Source of the DNA: Planctomycetota bacterium | GTDB lineage: Bacteria > Planctomycetota > Phycisphaerae > Phycisphaerales > Phycisphaeraceae | Direction: 5' to 3' | Length of the DNA: 64,000 nucleotides | Assembly (NCBI GenBank): GCA_039033855.1 | Contig: JBCCBV010000010.1 | Location: forward strand, 12,207-76,206 | Part shown: positions 1 through 9,734 of the stretch, piece by piece | Layout: every line of letters starts with the position of its first letter | Numbering within the stretch: the stretch's first letter is position 1 | Notes under the pieces: model-generated | What the model was told of the DNA's origin: nothing | The model's input: only the letters and a program-made list of their open reading frames with translations | Database searches by the model: none | Translations under genes and position numbers: made by a program

Positions 1-2
1 CG

Positions 3-572
3 TACACGTCGCTCCGCATCGGCGACCCGCGCAAACCCGACACCCTGGTCGGCCCGCTCATCCATGAAGACGCCGCAAAGGCCATGGACCAAGCGCTCGA
101 ACAAGCCAGGGCCCAGGGCGGAAGCGTCTGGGGCGGCGGGCGCACTTCAGGCCCCGGCGTGCCCGAGGGGGGCGCCTACGTGCAACCCGCGATCGTCGAG
201 ATCGACCCATCCGCCGACATCGTCGGCTGCGAAACCTTCGCCCCGATCCTCTACGTGCTCGCCTACGACGACCTCGACCACGCCATCGCCATCCAAAACG
301 GCGTCGATCAAGGCCTGAGCAGCGCCATCTTCACCGAGCACATGCGCGAGGCCGAACGATTCCTCGGCCCGGCCGGCAGCGACTGCGGCATCGCCAACGT
401 CAACCTCGGCACCAGCGGAGCCGAAATCGGCGGGGCCTTCGGCGGCGAGAAAGACACCGGCGGCGGACGCGAGTCCGGCAGCGACGCCTGGAAAAACTAC
501 ATGCGCCGCCAAACCCAAACCGTCAACTACGGCAGCGCCCTGCCGCTGGCCCAAGGCGTCGAGTTCGGCTGA
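3..572 (+). CDS. Aldehyde dehydrogenase family protein, C-terminal part (ALDH7-like piperideine-6-carboxylate/aminoadipate-semialdehyde dehydrogenase type); 5' end lies outside the window
   Basis: The frame is open from the window edge ([22 protein letters not shown]...). The tail ETFAPILYV...SSAIFT...[43 protein letters not shown] is typical of the ALDH C-terminal catalytic region. Confidence 0.8.
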   Translation, partial: YTSLRIGDPRKPDTLVGPLIHEDAAKAMDQALEQARAQGGSVWGGGRTSGPGVPEGGAYVQPAIVEIDPSADIVGCETFAPILYVLAYDDLDHAIAIQNGVDQGLSSAIFTEHMREAERFLGPAGSDCGIANVNLGTSGAEIGGAFGGEKDTGGGRESGSDAWKNYMRRQTQTVNYGSALPLAQGVEFG

Positions 573-599
573 GCCGCTTATCGGGCTAGGGCGAAGACC

Positions 600-1034
600 A
601 TGACCGACCTCCAAGACCAGATCGCGCGTTTCCTCGACGGCAGACCCCACGCCGTAGTCGGCGCCTCGCCCCGGCGTCACAAGTACGGCAACAAAGTCCT
701 GCGCGCCTACGCCCAGCACGGCCGGCCCGTGTACCCGGTCAACCCGCGCGAAACCGAGATCGAAGGCCTGCGCGTCTACACCTCGCTCGCCGCGCTGCCC
801 GAAACACCGCACGGCGTGTCGTTCATCACCCCCCCGGCTATCACCGCGGGCATGATCGATCAGGCCTTGGAGATGGGCGTGCAACACCTTTGGATGCAGC
901 CCGGGGCCGAGCACGCCGAAGCCGTCGAACGCGCCCGCGCCGCCGGGGCCAACGTCATCGCCGGCAACGCCTGCGTGCTCGTGGTGCTGGGCTACAACGA
1001 CGCGGCCGGCGCCGAAAAAGTCTTCGAGGACTGA
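600..1034 (+). CDS. CoA-binding domain protein (YccU/YneT-like)
   Basis: 144 aa. HAVVGASPRRHKYGNKVLRAYAQHGRPVYPVNPR...VSFITPP...HLWMQPGAE matches the small CoA-binding (Rossmann-like) protein family. Confidence 0.8.
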   Translation: MTDLQDQIARFLDGRPHAVVGASPRRHKYGNKVLRAYAQHGRPVYPVNPRETEIEGLRVYTSLAALPETPHGVSFITPPAITAGMIDQALEMGVQHLWMQPGAEHAEAVERARAAGANVIAGNACVLVVLGYNDAAGAEKVFED

Positions 1035-1137
1035 CCCGCATCGGTCTGGATGACCGTGGCCTTCCCGAGGCCTGCCCGGCGCGATGCGCGAAACCAAGCC
1101 CTTCCAAACGCAAGGCCCGGCCCGTATTCTCGAACCG

Positions 1138-1896
1138 ATGCGTTACCCCCTTTCCGCCACGCCGTACCGGATCGCCGCCCTGTTGGTTCTTGTTTTGGCG
1201 CCCGCCGCGACCGCGCTGGCCGAGCGCCCCAACGTCCGACGGCTGGCCGCCGACCACCCCTACCGCGTGGCCGTCGAGCTCACCAAGGGCCGTTTCGCGG
1301 GTTGGGGCTACGGCTCGGACCCCTCGAAGCAAACCCTCGACTGCGTGTTGTTTGTGCGCGAGGTCGTGCGCGAACTCGCCGAACGCACCGGGCAAGAGGT
1401 CTCCCGCAGCACCGAACGCGCGATCCTGATTTCCGGCATCGACTTCCCTGCCGCCGGCCAACGGCTCGGGCTCCCCGAACCGGATCGCGCAGAGTTCCGC
1501 ACCGACGCCGACTTCAACAAAGCCAGGCGGGCCTGGACGACGGCCGTGCTTAACGGGCTGGTCGAAGCGCGCGACCCGCAAATCCGCGGCGTGCAAACCG
1601 CGCTGGTCGATGCCGGCCTCGGACACGCCGTGCCCAACGACCGGCTCCGGCCCGGCGACTTCGTCCAATACTGGTACCGCGCGAAGAACAACTCCCGCTG
1701 GCTCGGCCATTCTGGCGTCGTCGGCGAGATCAAACGCGACGGCCGCGTCGTGCTCTGGGGTTCGCACAGCACGATCCTGGCCGACCCCAACCGACCCAAC
1801 CGCAAGGCCGAGCACGGCGGCGTCGGCCCGTCGGTCCCCATCCGCATCCGGCCGGACCACCTCTACGCCGTGCGCTGGGGGCCGGCCCCGGAATAA
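1138..1896 (+). CDS. Secreted hypothetical protein; possible papain-like (NlpC/P60 or CHAP-like) Cys/His fold
   Basis: ATG at 1138 followed by the signal-like peptide RIAALLVLVLAPAATALA. There is a Cys in DCVLFVREV and a later His in WLGHSGVVGEI. Third-position GC is coding-like. The fold assignment is tentative. Confidence 0.5.
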   Translation: MRYPLSATPYRIAALLVLVLAPAATALAERPNVRRLAADHPYRVAVELTKGRFAGWGYGSDPSKQTLDCVLFVREVVRELAERTGQEVSRSTERAILISGIDFPAAGQRLGLPEPDRAEFRTDADFNKARRAWTTAVLNGLVEARDPQIRGVQTALVDAGLGHAVPNDRLRPGDFVQYWYRAKNNSRWLGHSGVVGEIKRDGRVVLWGSHSTILADPNRPNRKAEHGGVGPSVPIRIRPDHLYAVRWGPAPE

Positions 1897-1972
1897 GGCG
1901 ACACCGGTAGACCACGGGTGAATGCTGGCCGGCTTACGGCGAATCGCGAGGCACGGAAGGTAGAAGCGCGGC

Positions 1973-2962
1973 TTACGCGTACTGCCGCTGATACCACGCC
2001 CACAGCCGGGCCAGGCCTTCCTTCACCGGCGTTTGCGGGTCGTAGCCCAATAGCCGGCGGGCCTTGTCGATGTTGGCAAAGGTCGTCTTCGGCTCGCTCG
2101 CCGGCGCCGGCGGCGTGTCGAGCTTGGCCGGCTTGCCGACGAGCGCTTCGATGTACGTCACGAAGTCGCGCATCAGCACCGGCTCGCCCCGGCCGAGGTT
2201 GACCACCTCAAATCCCAACGGCGTGCGCATCGCCGCCTCGACGCCGGACACGATGTCGTCGACGAACGTCCAGTCGCGCCGCATGTCGCCGCCGTCAAAC
2301 AGCGTGACGGAGTCGCCGCGATAGACCCGGTCGGTCACCATGAACGGCATCATGTCGGGCCGGGCACGCGGCCCGTACACGCTGAAAAAACGCACGGCCG
2401 TGAAGTCCAGCCCGTGCAGGTTCTGATAGGTATAGCCCAGCAACTCGCCGGCCTTCTTGCTGGCGGGGTACGGCGCCAACGGCGTGTTGCTGGGGTCGTC
2501 TTCGACAAACGGCAGGGTCTGCGTCTTGCCGTACGCGCTGCTGGTCGACGCGAACACAAACGGCGCCCGGCGATCGGGCATGCCCGATGCGACCGCCGCT
2601 TCCAGCAGGTTCACCGTGCCCACGATGTTGACGTCGGTATACAGCGGCGCCCGGCCGATCGAGTAGCGCACGTTCGCCATCGCCGCCAGGTGCGCCACCG
2701 CCGAGGGCTGGTGCGTTTCAAAGAGCGCTTTCATCCGCTCGGCGTCGCGGATGTCGGCCTCTTCCAGCGTGAAGCCCTGGCGCCCGAGCAAGCCCGCCAC
2801 GTTCGCGCGTTTCTGCTCGACCGAGTAGTAGTCGTTGAAGTTGTCGATGCCGACCACCCGCACCCCGCTGGCCAACAGGCGTTCGCACAGGTGCGAGCCC
2901 ACTAAACCCGCGGCGCCGGTGACGATCATGGTCGTGGATGCGGTACGCGCGGAGTCCGTCAT
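1973..2962 (-). CDS. NAD-dependent epimerase/dehydratase (UDP-glucuronate 4-epimerase-like)
   Basis: TGAAGLVGSHLCERLL Rossmann motif, then IDNFNDYY and SSAYG...YPASK (YxxxK). ATG at 2962; the ORF track extends to a TTG at 3010. Confidence 0.85.
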   Translation of the reverse strand: MTDSARTASTTMIVTGAAGLVGSHLCERLLASGVRVVGIDNFNDYYSVEQKRANVAGLLGRQGFTLEEADIRDAERMKALFETHQPSAVAHLAAMANVRYSIGRAPLYTDVNIVGTVNLLEAAVASGMPDRRAPFVFASTSSAYGKTQTLPFVEDDPSNTPLAPYPASKKAGELLGYTYQNLHGLDFTAVRFFSVYGPRARPDMMPFMVTDRVYRGDSVTLFDGGDMRRDWTFVDDIVSGVEAAMRTPLGFEVVNLGRGEPVLMRDFVTYIEALVGKPAKLDTPPAPASEPKTTFANIDKARRLLGYDPQTPVKEGLARLWAWYQRQYA

Positions 2963-3016
2963 GTCGGGCAGGATACCGGCGCCGGCACGCCACGGCAGCG
3001 CACCGGCCAACCAACG

Positions 3017-3862
3017 CTACCGCGCGGGGTTGCTGAACTTGTTGTCGGTCCGCAGCGATTCGCGGTGCCGGCCGTGCACCCCCCGGCCCGACAAGCGCAC
3101 GGCTTCGACCACCCGGCAGACGTATGCGTCGTCGGGGTGCTCGGCATCGAGCCGGGCCAAAGCGGCGTCGGTTTCGCCCACCGACGACATCTCGTGCAGC
3201 GGGCGGAACAGCGCGCGGTAGGCCGACTTGAGGTTCTCGAGGCTGGCGTCGGGCACGCCCCGCCGACGGGCGCCGATGAAGTTGACCCCGCGCACCCGCG
3301 CCGGGTTGCCCTCGACGGTCATGTAAGGCGGCACGTCGTGCACCACCCGGGTCATGCCCGCGACAAAGGCGCCTTCGCCCACGGTCACGAAGTGGTGCAC
3401 CGCCGACGCACCGCCGAGCGCCGCCGCGTCGTTCACACGCACGTGCCCGGCCAGCTGCACCGCGTTGGTGATCACCACGTGGTCGCCGATGATGCAGTCG
3501 TGCGCGACGTGCGCGTACGCCATGATCAGGTTGTGCGAGCCCACCACCGTTTCGCCCCGGTCGTTGGCGGTGCCCAGGTTGATCGAGACGTTCTCGCGGA
3601 TCTCGTTGTCGTCGCCCACGATCAACAGCGAGTCTTCGCCGCGGTACTTCAGGTCTTGCGGCTTGGCGCCGAGCGTGCAGTAAGGCCAGATCTCGTTGCG
3701 CTCGCCGAAAGTGCTGCGCCCTTCGATCACGCTGTGCGAGCGGACAATCGTGCCCGCGCCCAGCGTCACCTTGGGGCCGATCAGGCAGTACGGCCCGATG
3801 ACCACGTCTTGGGCCAATTCGGCTTTGGGGTCGACAATCGCGGTGGGGTGAATGGTCGGCAT
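3017..3862 (-). CDS. lpxA: Acyl-ACP--UDP-N-acetylglucosamine O-acyltransferase
   Basis: MPTIHPTAIVDPKAELAQDVVIGPYCLIGP... shows hexapeptide repeats, and the C-terminal helical domain (NFIGARRRG...) is typical of LpxA. Located in the lipid A cluster. Confidence 0.92.
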   Translation of the reverse strand: MPTIHPTAIVDPKAELAQDVVIGPYCLIGPKVTLGAGTIVRSHSVIEGRSTFGERNEIWPYCTLGAKPQDLKYRGEDSLLIVGDDNEIRENVSINLGTANDRGETVVGSHNLIMAYAHVAHDCIIGDHVVITNAVQLAGHVRVNDAAALGGASAVHHFVTVGEGAFVAGMTRVVHDVPPYMTVEGNPARVRGVNFIGARRRGVPDASLENLKSAYRALFRPLHEMSSVGETDAALARLDAEHPDDAYVCRVVEAVRLSGRGVHGRHRESLRTDNKFSNPAR

Positions 3863-3899
3863 GGGTCGGGTTGCGTCAATGCGGCGCGCTCAAAGCGCT

Positions 3900-5216
3900 C
3901 TAGTCCTGGTCGTCGTCCACCATCATGAAACGCACCTCGGCCTCGGCCACGGTGTCTTCGCCCACATACGCACGGCAGCGCATCTGCGCAATCCGGCTGC
4001 GCACCCGCACCGACTCGGCTTCGAGCAGCAGTTGATCGCCGGGCGTCACCGGACGACGCAGCTTCACCCGGTCCAGGCTCAGCAGCACCGGCAGCTTGCC
4101 CACCTGCTGGAGGCTTTGGCCGATGAGCACGCCCGACAGCTGGGCCATCGCTTCGACGATCAGCACGCCCGGCATGATCGGCGTGCCCGGGTAATGGCCG
4201 GCAAAGAACGGCTCGTTGATCGTCACGTTCTTCACGCCAATCGCGCGCCGGTCGCCGTCGATCTCCAGCACCCGATCCACCAGAAGCATCGGGTACCGGT
4301 GCGGCATCATCCGGAACAGCCGGCGGATGTCGATCTTGGGCTCACCGAGCGTCAGCGCGCCCAACCGCTGCGAACGGTTCTGCCGTACCAGTTGACGCAC
4401 GAGCTGGTGGTTCATCGGGTGGCCGGACTTGTACGCCACCACGCGGCCGCGGATCGGGGCGCCGAGCAGGTACAAATCGCCGATCAGGTCAAGCATCTTG
4501 TGACGCACCGGCTCGTTGGCGAAGCGGAACGCGTTGCCCGCCATCGGCTTCCCGTCGTGGCCGATGACCAGGATCTCCTGCGGGCTCAGGTGGGTAAACA
4601 TGCCCGCGGCGCGGGCGGCTTCGGCCTCGTTCTGCGTGGAGAACGTGCGCGAGCGCGAAAGCTCTTGGCCGTAGTCGTCGCGGTCGGTTGAAAACGCCTG
4701 GATCTGCCGGCCGATCGGGCCGTCTCCGTAGTCGAGCTCGTAGATCAACTCCGCCCCCGGGCCGTCGGACGGCGCGGCCGCCAGCACCGCGTCTTCGTAA
4801 CGGATCACCACGGGCTCGCGCACCTCGACCACACGCCGGTCGGCGTCCTGGGGTTCGACGCCGGCCTTGAGGATCGCGCGATAAAAGCCTTCGGAAGACC
4901 CATCCAGGCCCGGCGGCTCGGGCCCGTCGATCTCAACCCGGGCGTTGTCGACGCCCAGCGCCGCCATGGCCGACATGCAGTGCTCGATGGTGTCGACCGA
5001 CGCGTCGCCGAGCCGGATGGTCGTACGCCGCGGCCGCTTGACCACGTTTTGCACCAAGGCCGGGATGCGGGCGTCCGGGCCCAGGTCGGTGCGCACAAAC
5101 ACGATGCCGTGGTTCACGTCGGCCGGGCAGAACGTCACCGTGGCCTTGCGCCCGGAGAACAGCCCCAACCCGGTAACGGGCGCGGGCGCTGCGAGGGTTT
5201 GCTGGCGTTCGGCCAT
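3900..5216 (-). CDS. lpxC/fabZ: Bifunctional UDP-3-O-acyl-GlcNAc deacetylase / 3-hydroxyacyl-ACP dehydratase (LpxC-FabZ fusion)
   Basis: The N-terminal half ([17 protein letters not shown]...[16 protein letters not shown]...DGSS) is LpxC-like. The C-terminal half ([14 protein letters not shown]...[26 protein letters not shown]) is FabZ-like. Confidence 0.92.
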   Translation of the reverse strand: MAERQQTLAAPAPVTGLGLFSGRKATVTFCPADVNHGIVFVRTDLGPDARIPALVQNVVKRPRRTTIRLGDASVDTIEHCMSAMAALGVDNARVEIDGPEPPGLDGSSEGFYRAILKAGVEPQDADRRVVEVREPVVIRYEDAVLAAAPSDGPGAELIYELDYGDGPIGRQIQAFSTDRDDYGQELSRSRTFSTQNEAEAARAAGMFTHLSPQEILVIGHDGKPMAGNAFRFANEPVRHKMLDLIGDLYLLGAPIRGRVVAYKSGHPMNHQLVRQLVRQNRSQRLGALTLGEPKIDIRRLFRMMPHRYPMLLVDRVLEIDGDRRAIGVKNVTINEPFFAGHYPGTPIMPGVLIVEAMAQLSGVLIGQSLQQVGKLPVLLSLDRVKLRRPVTPGDQLLLEAESVRVRSRIAQMRCRAYVGEDTVAEAEVRFMMVDDDQD

Positions 5217-5353
5217 AGCCGTAGTTCACGTCGGGCGCCGGCGGCTTGCTCGGCGAGCGGTTCGGGGTGCGCGGTTGGGGACGCGCAGGTGGGGTGCGTT
5301 TTACTTCGTGGAGCGGAGGTTCGGGGCCCGGCATACGGCCGGCCGGTGCGCCC

Positions 5354-6439
5354 CTAACGCTTCGGGGAGTCGGGCAGCCAGGCCTTGGCCAGCTTGAGCA
5401 ACTCGGGCAGCCGGCGCACGGCGAGTTCTTCTTTGAGCTTCTGCTTAATCGGGCCGGCCGGGTATCCGCCCCACGATTCGCCCTCGGGCACATTCTCGAT
5501 CACCGCGGCCCCGCCCGCCACACGCGAACGGGCGCCGATCACCATGTGGTCGCGCATCATCACCATCCCCCCGATCTGCGCGTAGTCGCCGATGACGCAC
5601 GACCCGCCGATGCCGCAGCACCCCGCGATCACAACGTGCTTGCCGATCCGGCAGTTGTGGCCGATCTGCACCAGGTTGTCGAGCTTGCAGCCGTCGCCCA
5701 CGACCGTTTCGGCGAACTTCGCCCGATCCACCGCCGAGTTGGCGCCCACTTCCACGTCGTCGCCCAGCACCACCGTCCCGATCTGCGGCACCTTGCGCAG
5801 ACACAGGCCGTCGGGCCCCTTCTCCGGGCGGTAGCCGAACCCATCGGCGCCGATCACCGCGCCCGGGTGCAAGATGCAGCGGGCCCCCAGCCGGCAACGC
5901 TCGCGCACCACGACGTTGGGCCAAAGCACGCAGCCCGGCCCGAGCACGCAGTCGTCCATCACCACCGCCCCGGCATGCAGCACGCACCCGTCGCCCAAAT
6001 GCACGTTCGGGCCCACCACCGCCCCGGGGCCGATGCCGACGTTCTGACCCAGGTGCGCCGAACCCGACACCCGCGCCGAGCCGTGCACGCCCACCGGCGA
6101 CTTGGCCAAAGGCGGCGCGAACAGCTCCAGCATCTCGGCCATGCCCAGGTCGGCGTCGTCGACCAACACCACCGCGCGCTTGTCGCCCGGCTCGACCTCG
6201 ATCCCGCGCTTGATCAGCTCCGCCGACGCCGCGCCGTCGGTCCATTGCGAGACGTACCGCTCGTCGTTGATGAACGTCAGCTGACCCGCAACCGCCAGGC
6301 TCGCCTCGGCCAGCGAGTCGATCACCAGGTCCGCCGGGCCGCGCAGCTCGCCGTCTAACCGGCGGGCCAGCTCGCCCACGGTCCACTTGACCTTCGCCGA
6401 CGCGTCGGCCGCACTCTCTGCCGGCGTCGCCTCGCTCAC
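5354..6439 (-). CDS. lpxD: UDP-3-O-(3-hydroxyacyl)glucosamine N-acyltransferase
   Basis: LpxD N-terminal domain ([14 protein letters not shown]...) followed by a long hexapeptide-repeat region. The likely GTG start at 6439 overlaps the skp stop as GTGA; the ORF track start at 6508 would overlap skp by 72 nt. Confidence 0.9.
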   Translation of the reverse strand: MSEATPAESAADASAKVKWTVGELARRLDGELRGPADLVIDSLAEASLAVAGQLTFINDERYVSQWTDGAASAELIKRGIEVEPGDKRAVVLVDDADLGMAEMLELFAPPLAKSPVGVHGSARVSGSAHLGQNVGIGPGAVVGPNVHLGDGCVLHAGAVVMDDCVLGPGCVLWPNVVVRERCRLGARCILHPGAVIGADGFGYRPEKGPDGLCLRKVPQIGTVVLGDDVEVGANSAVDRAKFAETVVGDGCKLDNLVQIGHNCRIGKHVVIAGCCGIGGSCVIGDYAQIGGMVMMRDHMVIGARSRVAGGAAVIENVPEGESWGGYPAGPIKQKLKEELAVRRLPELLKLAKAWLPDSPKR

Positions 6440-7068
6440 GGGTTCTGCCACTGCGCGTTGAGCCGCTGCACCACCGCCGCCGTGACGTCCACCGCCGGGT
6501 CGTGCCACAGGACCTTACGGCTCTGGAACACGCCCGCCAGCGTCTCGGCGTTCAGCCGTTCGAGGTCGGGGATGTCGGTCGTGGCCACCACCACCTGAAA
6601 ACCGTTTTCCTGCGCCACCTCGCCCGCCGCCTGGTTGATCTTGCGGTACACGTTGATGGTGTGCAGCTTGGTTTCCTGCTGCTGCTGCGCCTGCTGGATC
6701 CGGGTCCAGGAATCGAGCTTGATCGACTCTTCGAGCAGTCGTGTCCGCGCCGCGTTGCGGGCCTCGCCCTCCGCGGCCATGCGGACTTCGGTCTCGAGGT
6801 TCGCCAGCTCGTCGCGCCGACGCTGCTGCTCGGCCTGAAGCTCGGCGAGCTTGGCCTGGGCCTGGGTCTGGAAGTCGCGCTGCTCGGCCAACCCCTGCAG
6901 GACCGACGAAAGGTTCAGCACCGCCGTGTTCGACGCCGTCGCCGCCGCCGGCTGGGCCGTGGTCGCCTCGGGTGCCGGCCAGAACGCCCACGCCGCACCC
7001 GACGCCAACACCAACGCCAGAGCCGCATGCCATCGCTTGTTGCGCATCACAATCACCTTTCGATCCAT
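6436..7068 (-). CDS. skp: OmpH/Skp-family periplasmic chaperone
   Basis: Signal peptide followed by a long Q/E/R-rich coiled region ([19 protein letters not shown]...). It sits immediately upstream of lpxD, as in the canonical skp-lpxD-fabZ-lpxA order. Confidence 0.8.
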   Translation of the reverse strand: MDRKVIVMRNKRWHAALALVLASGAAWAFWPAPEATTAQPAAATASNTAVLNLSSVLQGLAEQRDFQTQAQAKLAELQAEQQRRRDELANLETEVRMAAEGEARNAARTRLLEESIKLDSWTRIQQAQQQQETKLHTINVYRKINQAAGEVAQENGFQVVVATTDIPDLERLNAETLAGVFQSRKVLWHDPAVDVTAAVVQRLNAQWQNP

Positions 7069-7228
7069 CGAACCGGAGCCATCGCGTGGCCCCTGGGGTG
7101 GGTCCGGCCGGGCCGCGCCTCAGCCGAGCCGCAAACTAACCGGATCCACACACCCCGGCAAAGCCGCAAGGCGTTTTCGCCGGTTCATCGAGCCTGACCC
7201 GAGCCCCGCCCTCCGGCCGAACCCGCCG

Positions 7229-7492
7229 TTACGCCGGGATCAGGTCGGCGTACTTTGCGCGCACCGCCGAGAGATCGGCCAACCCGTCGGGCGGGATCAC
7301 CGAATCGATCAGCAGCACCGGGATGCCGTTCTCGATCGGGTACGCCAGCTCGGCCCCGTCGGGCAGGGCGCAGACCAGGCGATCCCCCCGCTGACCGAGC
7401 GGCCGTCGGGTCAGCGGGCACACCAACAACGCCATGAGCTTGGGGTCGATCGCCGGGGCGTCGGCGGATGAGGGGGCTGGGGTCTCCGGCAT
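7229..7492 (-). CDS. Trm112/YcaR (UPF0434) family small zinc-ribbon-like protein
   Basis: 87 aa. LLVCPLTRRPL...AYPIENGIPVLLID is the Trm112-family signature. Confidence 0.8.
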   Translation of the reverse strand: MPETPAPSSADAPAIDPKLMALLVCPLTRRPLGQRGDRLVCALPDGAELAYPIENGIPVLLIDSVIPPDGLADLSAVRAKYADLIPA

Positions 7493-7600
7493 GCCCTAGA
7501 GCCTACCGCACCCGAGCCCGGCATCGACGACGACAACGACGGCTCCGGACCGTCCGACCCAACAAACAAGCCCAACCGCCATGGATTGCCGCCACAGACC

Positions 7601-7627
7601 TTGACATAATGAGAATCGGTTCTTTAC
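7601..7627 (+). promoter_or_regulatory. Candidate sigma70-type promoter (TTGACA, 15-nt spacer, TTTACT) with an embedded Fur-family-like operator
   Basis: TTGACATAATGAGAATCGGTTCTTTACT is an AT-rich island in GC-rich DNA, about 10 nt upstream of the GTG at 7637. CATAAT-GAGAAT resembles the GATAAT hexamers of Fur boxes. The 10-mer ATAATGAGAA recurs at 9738-9747. Confidence 0.45.
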
Positions 7628-7636
7628 TGTGCGGTC

Positions 7637-8467
7637 GTGCCAACTTTGTTCCATCAGCCACAACACGCGCCCGCCGCTACCCAAGCGTCGCGGCGGAGCT
7701 TTGGCCGTCGGGCTCACGCCCATGACCAGCGTGACCAAGCCCAGCGTGGCCAAGCCCGAAGCGCATTCACATTGATCGAGCTGCTGGTGGTGATCGCAAT
7801 CATCGCCCTGCTGATCGGCATCCTGCTGCCGGTGCTCGGCGCCGCGCGCGACGCCGCCCGCATCACCCAGAGCCTCAGCCAGATGCGCCAGATCGGCCTC
7901 GCGGTCACGGCCTACGCCGACCAGTACGAGGGGTTCTTCCCGCCGTCGACGCACACCGTCGCGCCCGACGAAGCCTGGATCAACGCCCTGGCGCCGTTCC
8001 TTGGGGACTCCGACGAGGTCCGCATCTGCCCAATGGACCCCCGGGCCGATGAAGCCCGCGAGTTGGGCGGTTCGAGCTTCACCGTCAACGAATATCTGGT
8101 GTTTACACCGCTGATCGCCCCCAATGTCTACGAGCAGCCGGACTACCGAACCATCGAGTCCGTCGCCAATGCATCGCAAGTCGTCCACACGCTGCCCATG
8201 GCCGACGGGGTCGAGCGCAGCAACACCAACGACCACACGCACGCCCGCAACTGGACCTTCTTCTTCACCGCGGACTTGCGCTGGAATGACGGGTTCCTAG
8301 CCGACATCCAGCCCAACCGGTTTCGACGAGGCCCGAGCGACGACGACGCCCTCAACGGCTCGGCCGGCTACCTGTTCGTCGACGGCCACGCCGCCGACAT
8401 CCCCGCCATCGAAGTCCGCCAATGGGCAGAAGACCCGCTGACCATCAGCCCCGCCGCGAAACGCTAA
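7637..8467 (+). CDS. Prepilin-type N-terminal cleavage/methylation domain protein (DUF1559-like pseudopilin-like protein)
   Basis: [23 protein letters not shown]-terminal motif and a C-terminal GYLFVDGHA (H-X9-DG-like) ending. This class is very abundant in Planctomycetota. Confidence 0.8.
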   Translation: MPTLFHQPQHAPAATQASRRSFGRRAHAHDQRDQAQRGQARSAFTLIELLVVIAIIALLIGILLPVLGAARDAARITQSLSQMRQIGLAVTAYADQYEGFFPPSTHTVAPDEAWINALAPFLGDSDEVRICPMDPRADEARELGGSSFTVNEYLVFTPLIAPNVYEQPDYRTIESVANASQVVHTLPMADGVERSNTNDHTHARNWTFFFTADLRWNDGFLADIQPNRFRRGPSDDDALNGSAGYLFVDGHAADIPAIEVRQWAEDPLTISPAAKR

Positions 8468-8484
8468 CCCCGGGAATCGCAAGC

Positions 8485-9552
8485 ATGAAACGACGCCAAG
8501 CCCTCGCCCTGGCCGCCCCCGCCCTGCTGGGTGCCAGCCCCGCCCTCGCGGATGACCCCGTGCTCATCCGCAGCGACGTAGTCACCTTCCAATTCGGCAT
8601 CGACGACAGCGTGCCCGGCCTCGACCCGTTGTTCGAGCGCCACCTCGACATCGCTCTCGGCTTTTCTGGCACGTCCGACATCTTCGGTGTCGACGCCGAC
8701 GGGCCTTTCTCCGGCCAAGGCCTGCCCGCGGGCGTCTACGACCCCGAGTCCGTTTACCTGCACGGCCCGGCCAGCACCGCTTACACACACGCCCTGCCCC
8801 CCGAAATCTTCCCGACCGGGCAACCCACCGATTCGTTCTACCGGCTGGCTCAGGGCGCTAACCCGTTCATCTTCCTTGGCGTCAACACCGAAAACCTGTC
8901 CACCGCCCAGCGCAACGAGATCGCCGACTACAGCCCCGTGGCGCTCGACAACGACCCTTCGCTCGAGCCCGGCGCCTCGGTCTGGGCCGATGCCATCCCC
9001 AACCAAACCAACCAGTGGCTGCGCATCGAACTCGACGACGTCCGCGGACCGGCCGGCGAACACTTCTCCCTCTACCGCGACGGCAGCCCCGTCGTCTTCA
9101 GCACCTACGAGCCCGGCGAAACCGGCCTCCAGATCGACGAGTCCGACCGCTTCTACATGACCCCCGGCACGCACGAGCACTACAACTGGGGCTTCTCCAG
9201 TGCTGGGATTTGGGAGATCGACCTCCGGGTCAGCGTCCGCCGCGACAACGTCCTGCCCGGCGACGCCAACCTCGACGGCGTCGTCGACCTGCTCGACTTC
9301 GACACCCTCGCCTCCGCCTTCGGACAGACCGAAGACACGGCCTTCAACGAAGGCGACTTCACGGGCGACTTCGGCGTCGACCTGCTCGACTTCGACGTGC
9401 TGGCGGGCAACTTCGGCGCCCCCGGAAGCGCCCCCGGAAGCGCCCCCGGAAGCGCCCCCGGAAGCGGCTCACCCGCCGCGGTCCCCGAGCCGGGCGCCCT
9501 GGCCGGCCTGGCGATCGGCGGGTTGCTGCTGCGCCGCCGACGCTCCGCCTAA
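8485..9552 (+). CDS. Secreted PEP-CTERM protein with a His-motif domain (TIGR03769/choice-of-anchor-M-like, tentative) and two dockerin-like Ca-binding repeats
   Basis: Signal peptide MKRRQALALAAPALLGASPALA; motifs ERHLDIALGF and GTHEHYNWGFSSAGIWEIDLRV; GDANLDGVVDLLDFD and GDFGVDLLDFD; (APGS)4 linker; VPEPGALAGLAIGGLLLRRRR tail. Confidence 0.75.
   Translation: MKRRQALALAAPALLGASPALADDPVLIRSDVVTFQFGIDDSVPGLDPLFERHLDIALGFSGTSDIFGVDADGPFSGQGLPAGVYDPESVYLHGPASTAYTHALPPEIFPTGQPTDSFYRLAQGANPFIFLGVNTENLSTAQRNEIADYSPVALDNDPSLEPGASVWADAIPNQTNQWLRIELDDVRGPAGEHFSLYRDGSPVVFSTYEPGETGLQIDESDRFYMTPGTHEHYNWGFSSAGIWEIDLRVSVRRDNVLPGDANLDGVVDLLDFDTLASAFGQTEDTAFNEGDFTGDFGVDLLDFDVLAGNFGAPGSAPGSAPGSAPGSGSPAAVPEPGALAGLAIGGLLLRRRRSA
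9418..9465 (+). repeat. Perfect 12-nt tandem repeat (GCCCCCGGAAGC)x4 encoding the (APGS)4 linker
   Basis: Read directly from the sequence at 9418-9465, inside CDS 8485-9552. Confidence 0.9.
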
Positions 9553-9734
9553 CCCCGGCCCTCACTCCGGCCCTAACGCCACGGCCTTCGTATCCGCGCC
9601 TCCGCTCTGCCCGCGCCGGTGTTCTCCTGCGCCCGCCAGGCGGGGTCGTGTCCGGCCCAGTCCTCTGCCGTCAAGTCAAGGCCGACCCCAACCGACGCCG
9701 GCCAGCGAACCACAGAATCGCGTTAGCATTCAGT

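Noticed and set aside
147-1860. Minus-strand ORFs 147-1097 and 955-1860
   Set aside because: They are antisense to the ALDH fragment, the CoA-binding protein and the secreted hypothetical protein. They have shadow-ORF composition.
5246-6358. 370-aa plus-strand ORF, the minus-strand alternative frame 5445-6386, and similar ORFs 3065-3928 and 3852-4691
   Set aside because: They are antisense or out of frame relative to lpxD, lpxA and lpxC/fabZ. The hexapeptide-repeat genes generate long open frames on both strands in high-GC DNA.
9418-9465. Tandem repeats here and at 23199-23246, 34022-34059 and 50315-50374 considered as a possible CRISPR array
   Set aside because: The units are 6-30 nt, directly abutting with no unique spacers. 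Most lie inside coding sequence, and no cas genes are present.
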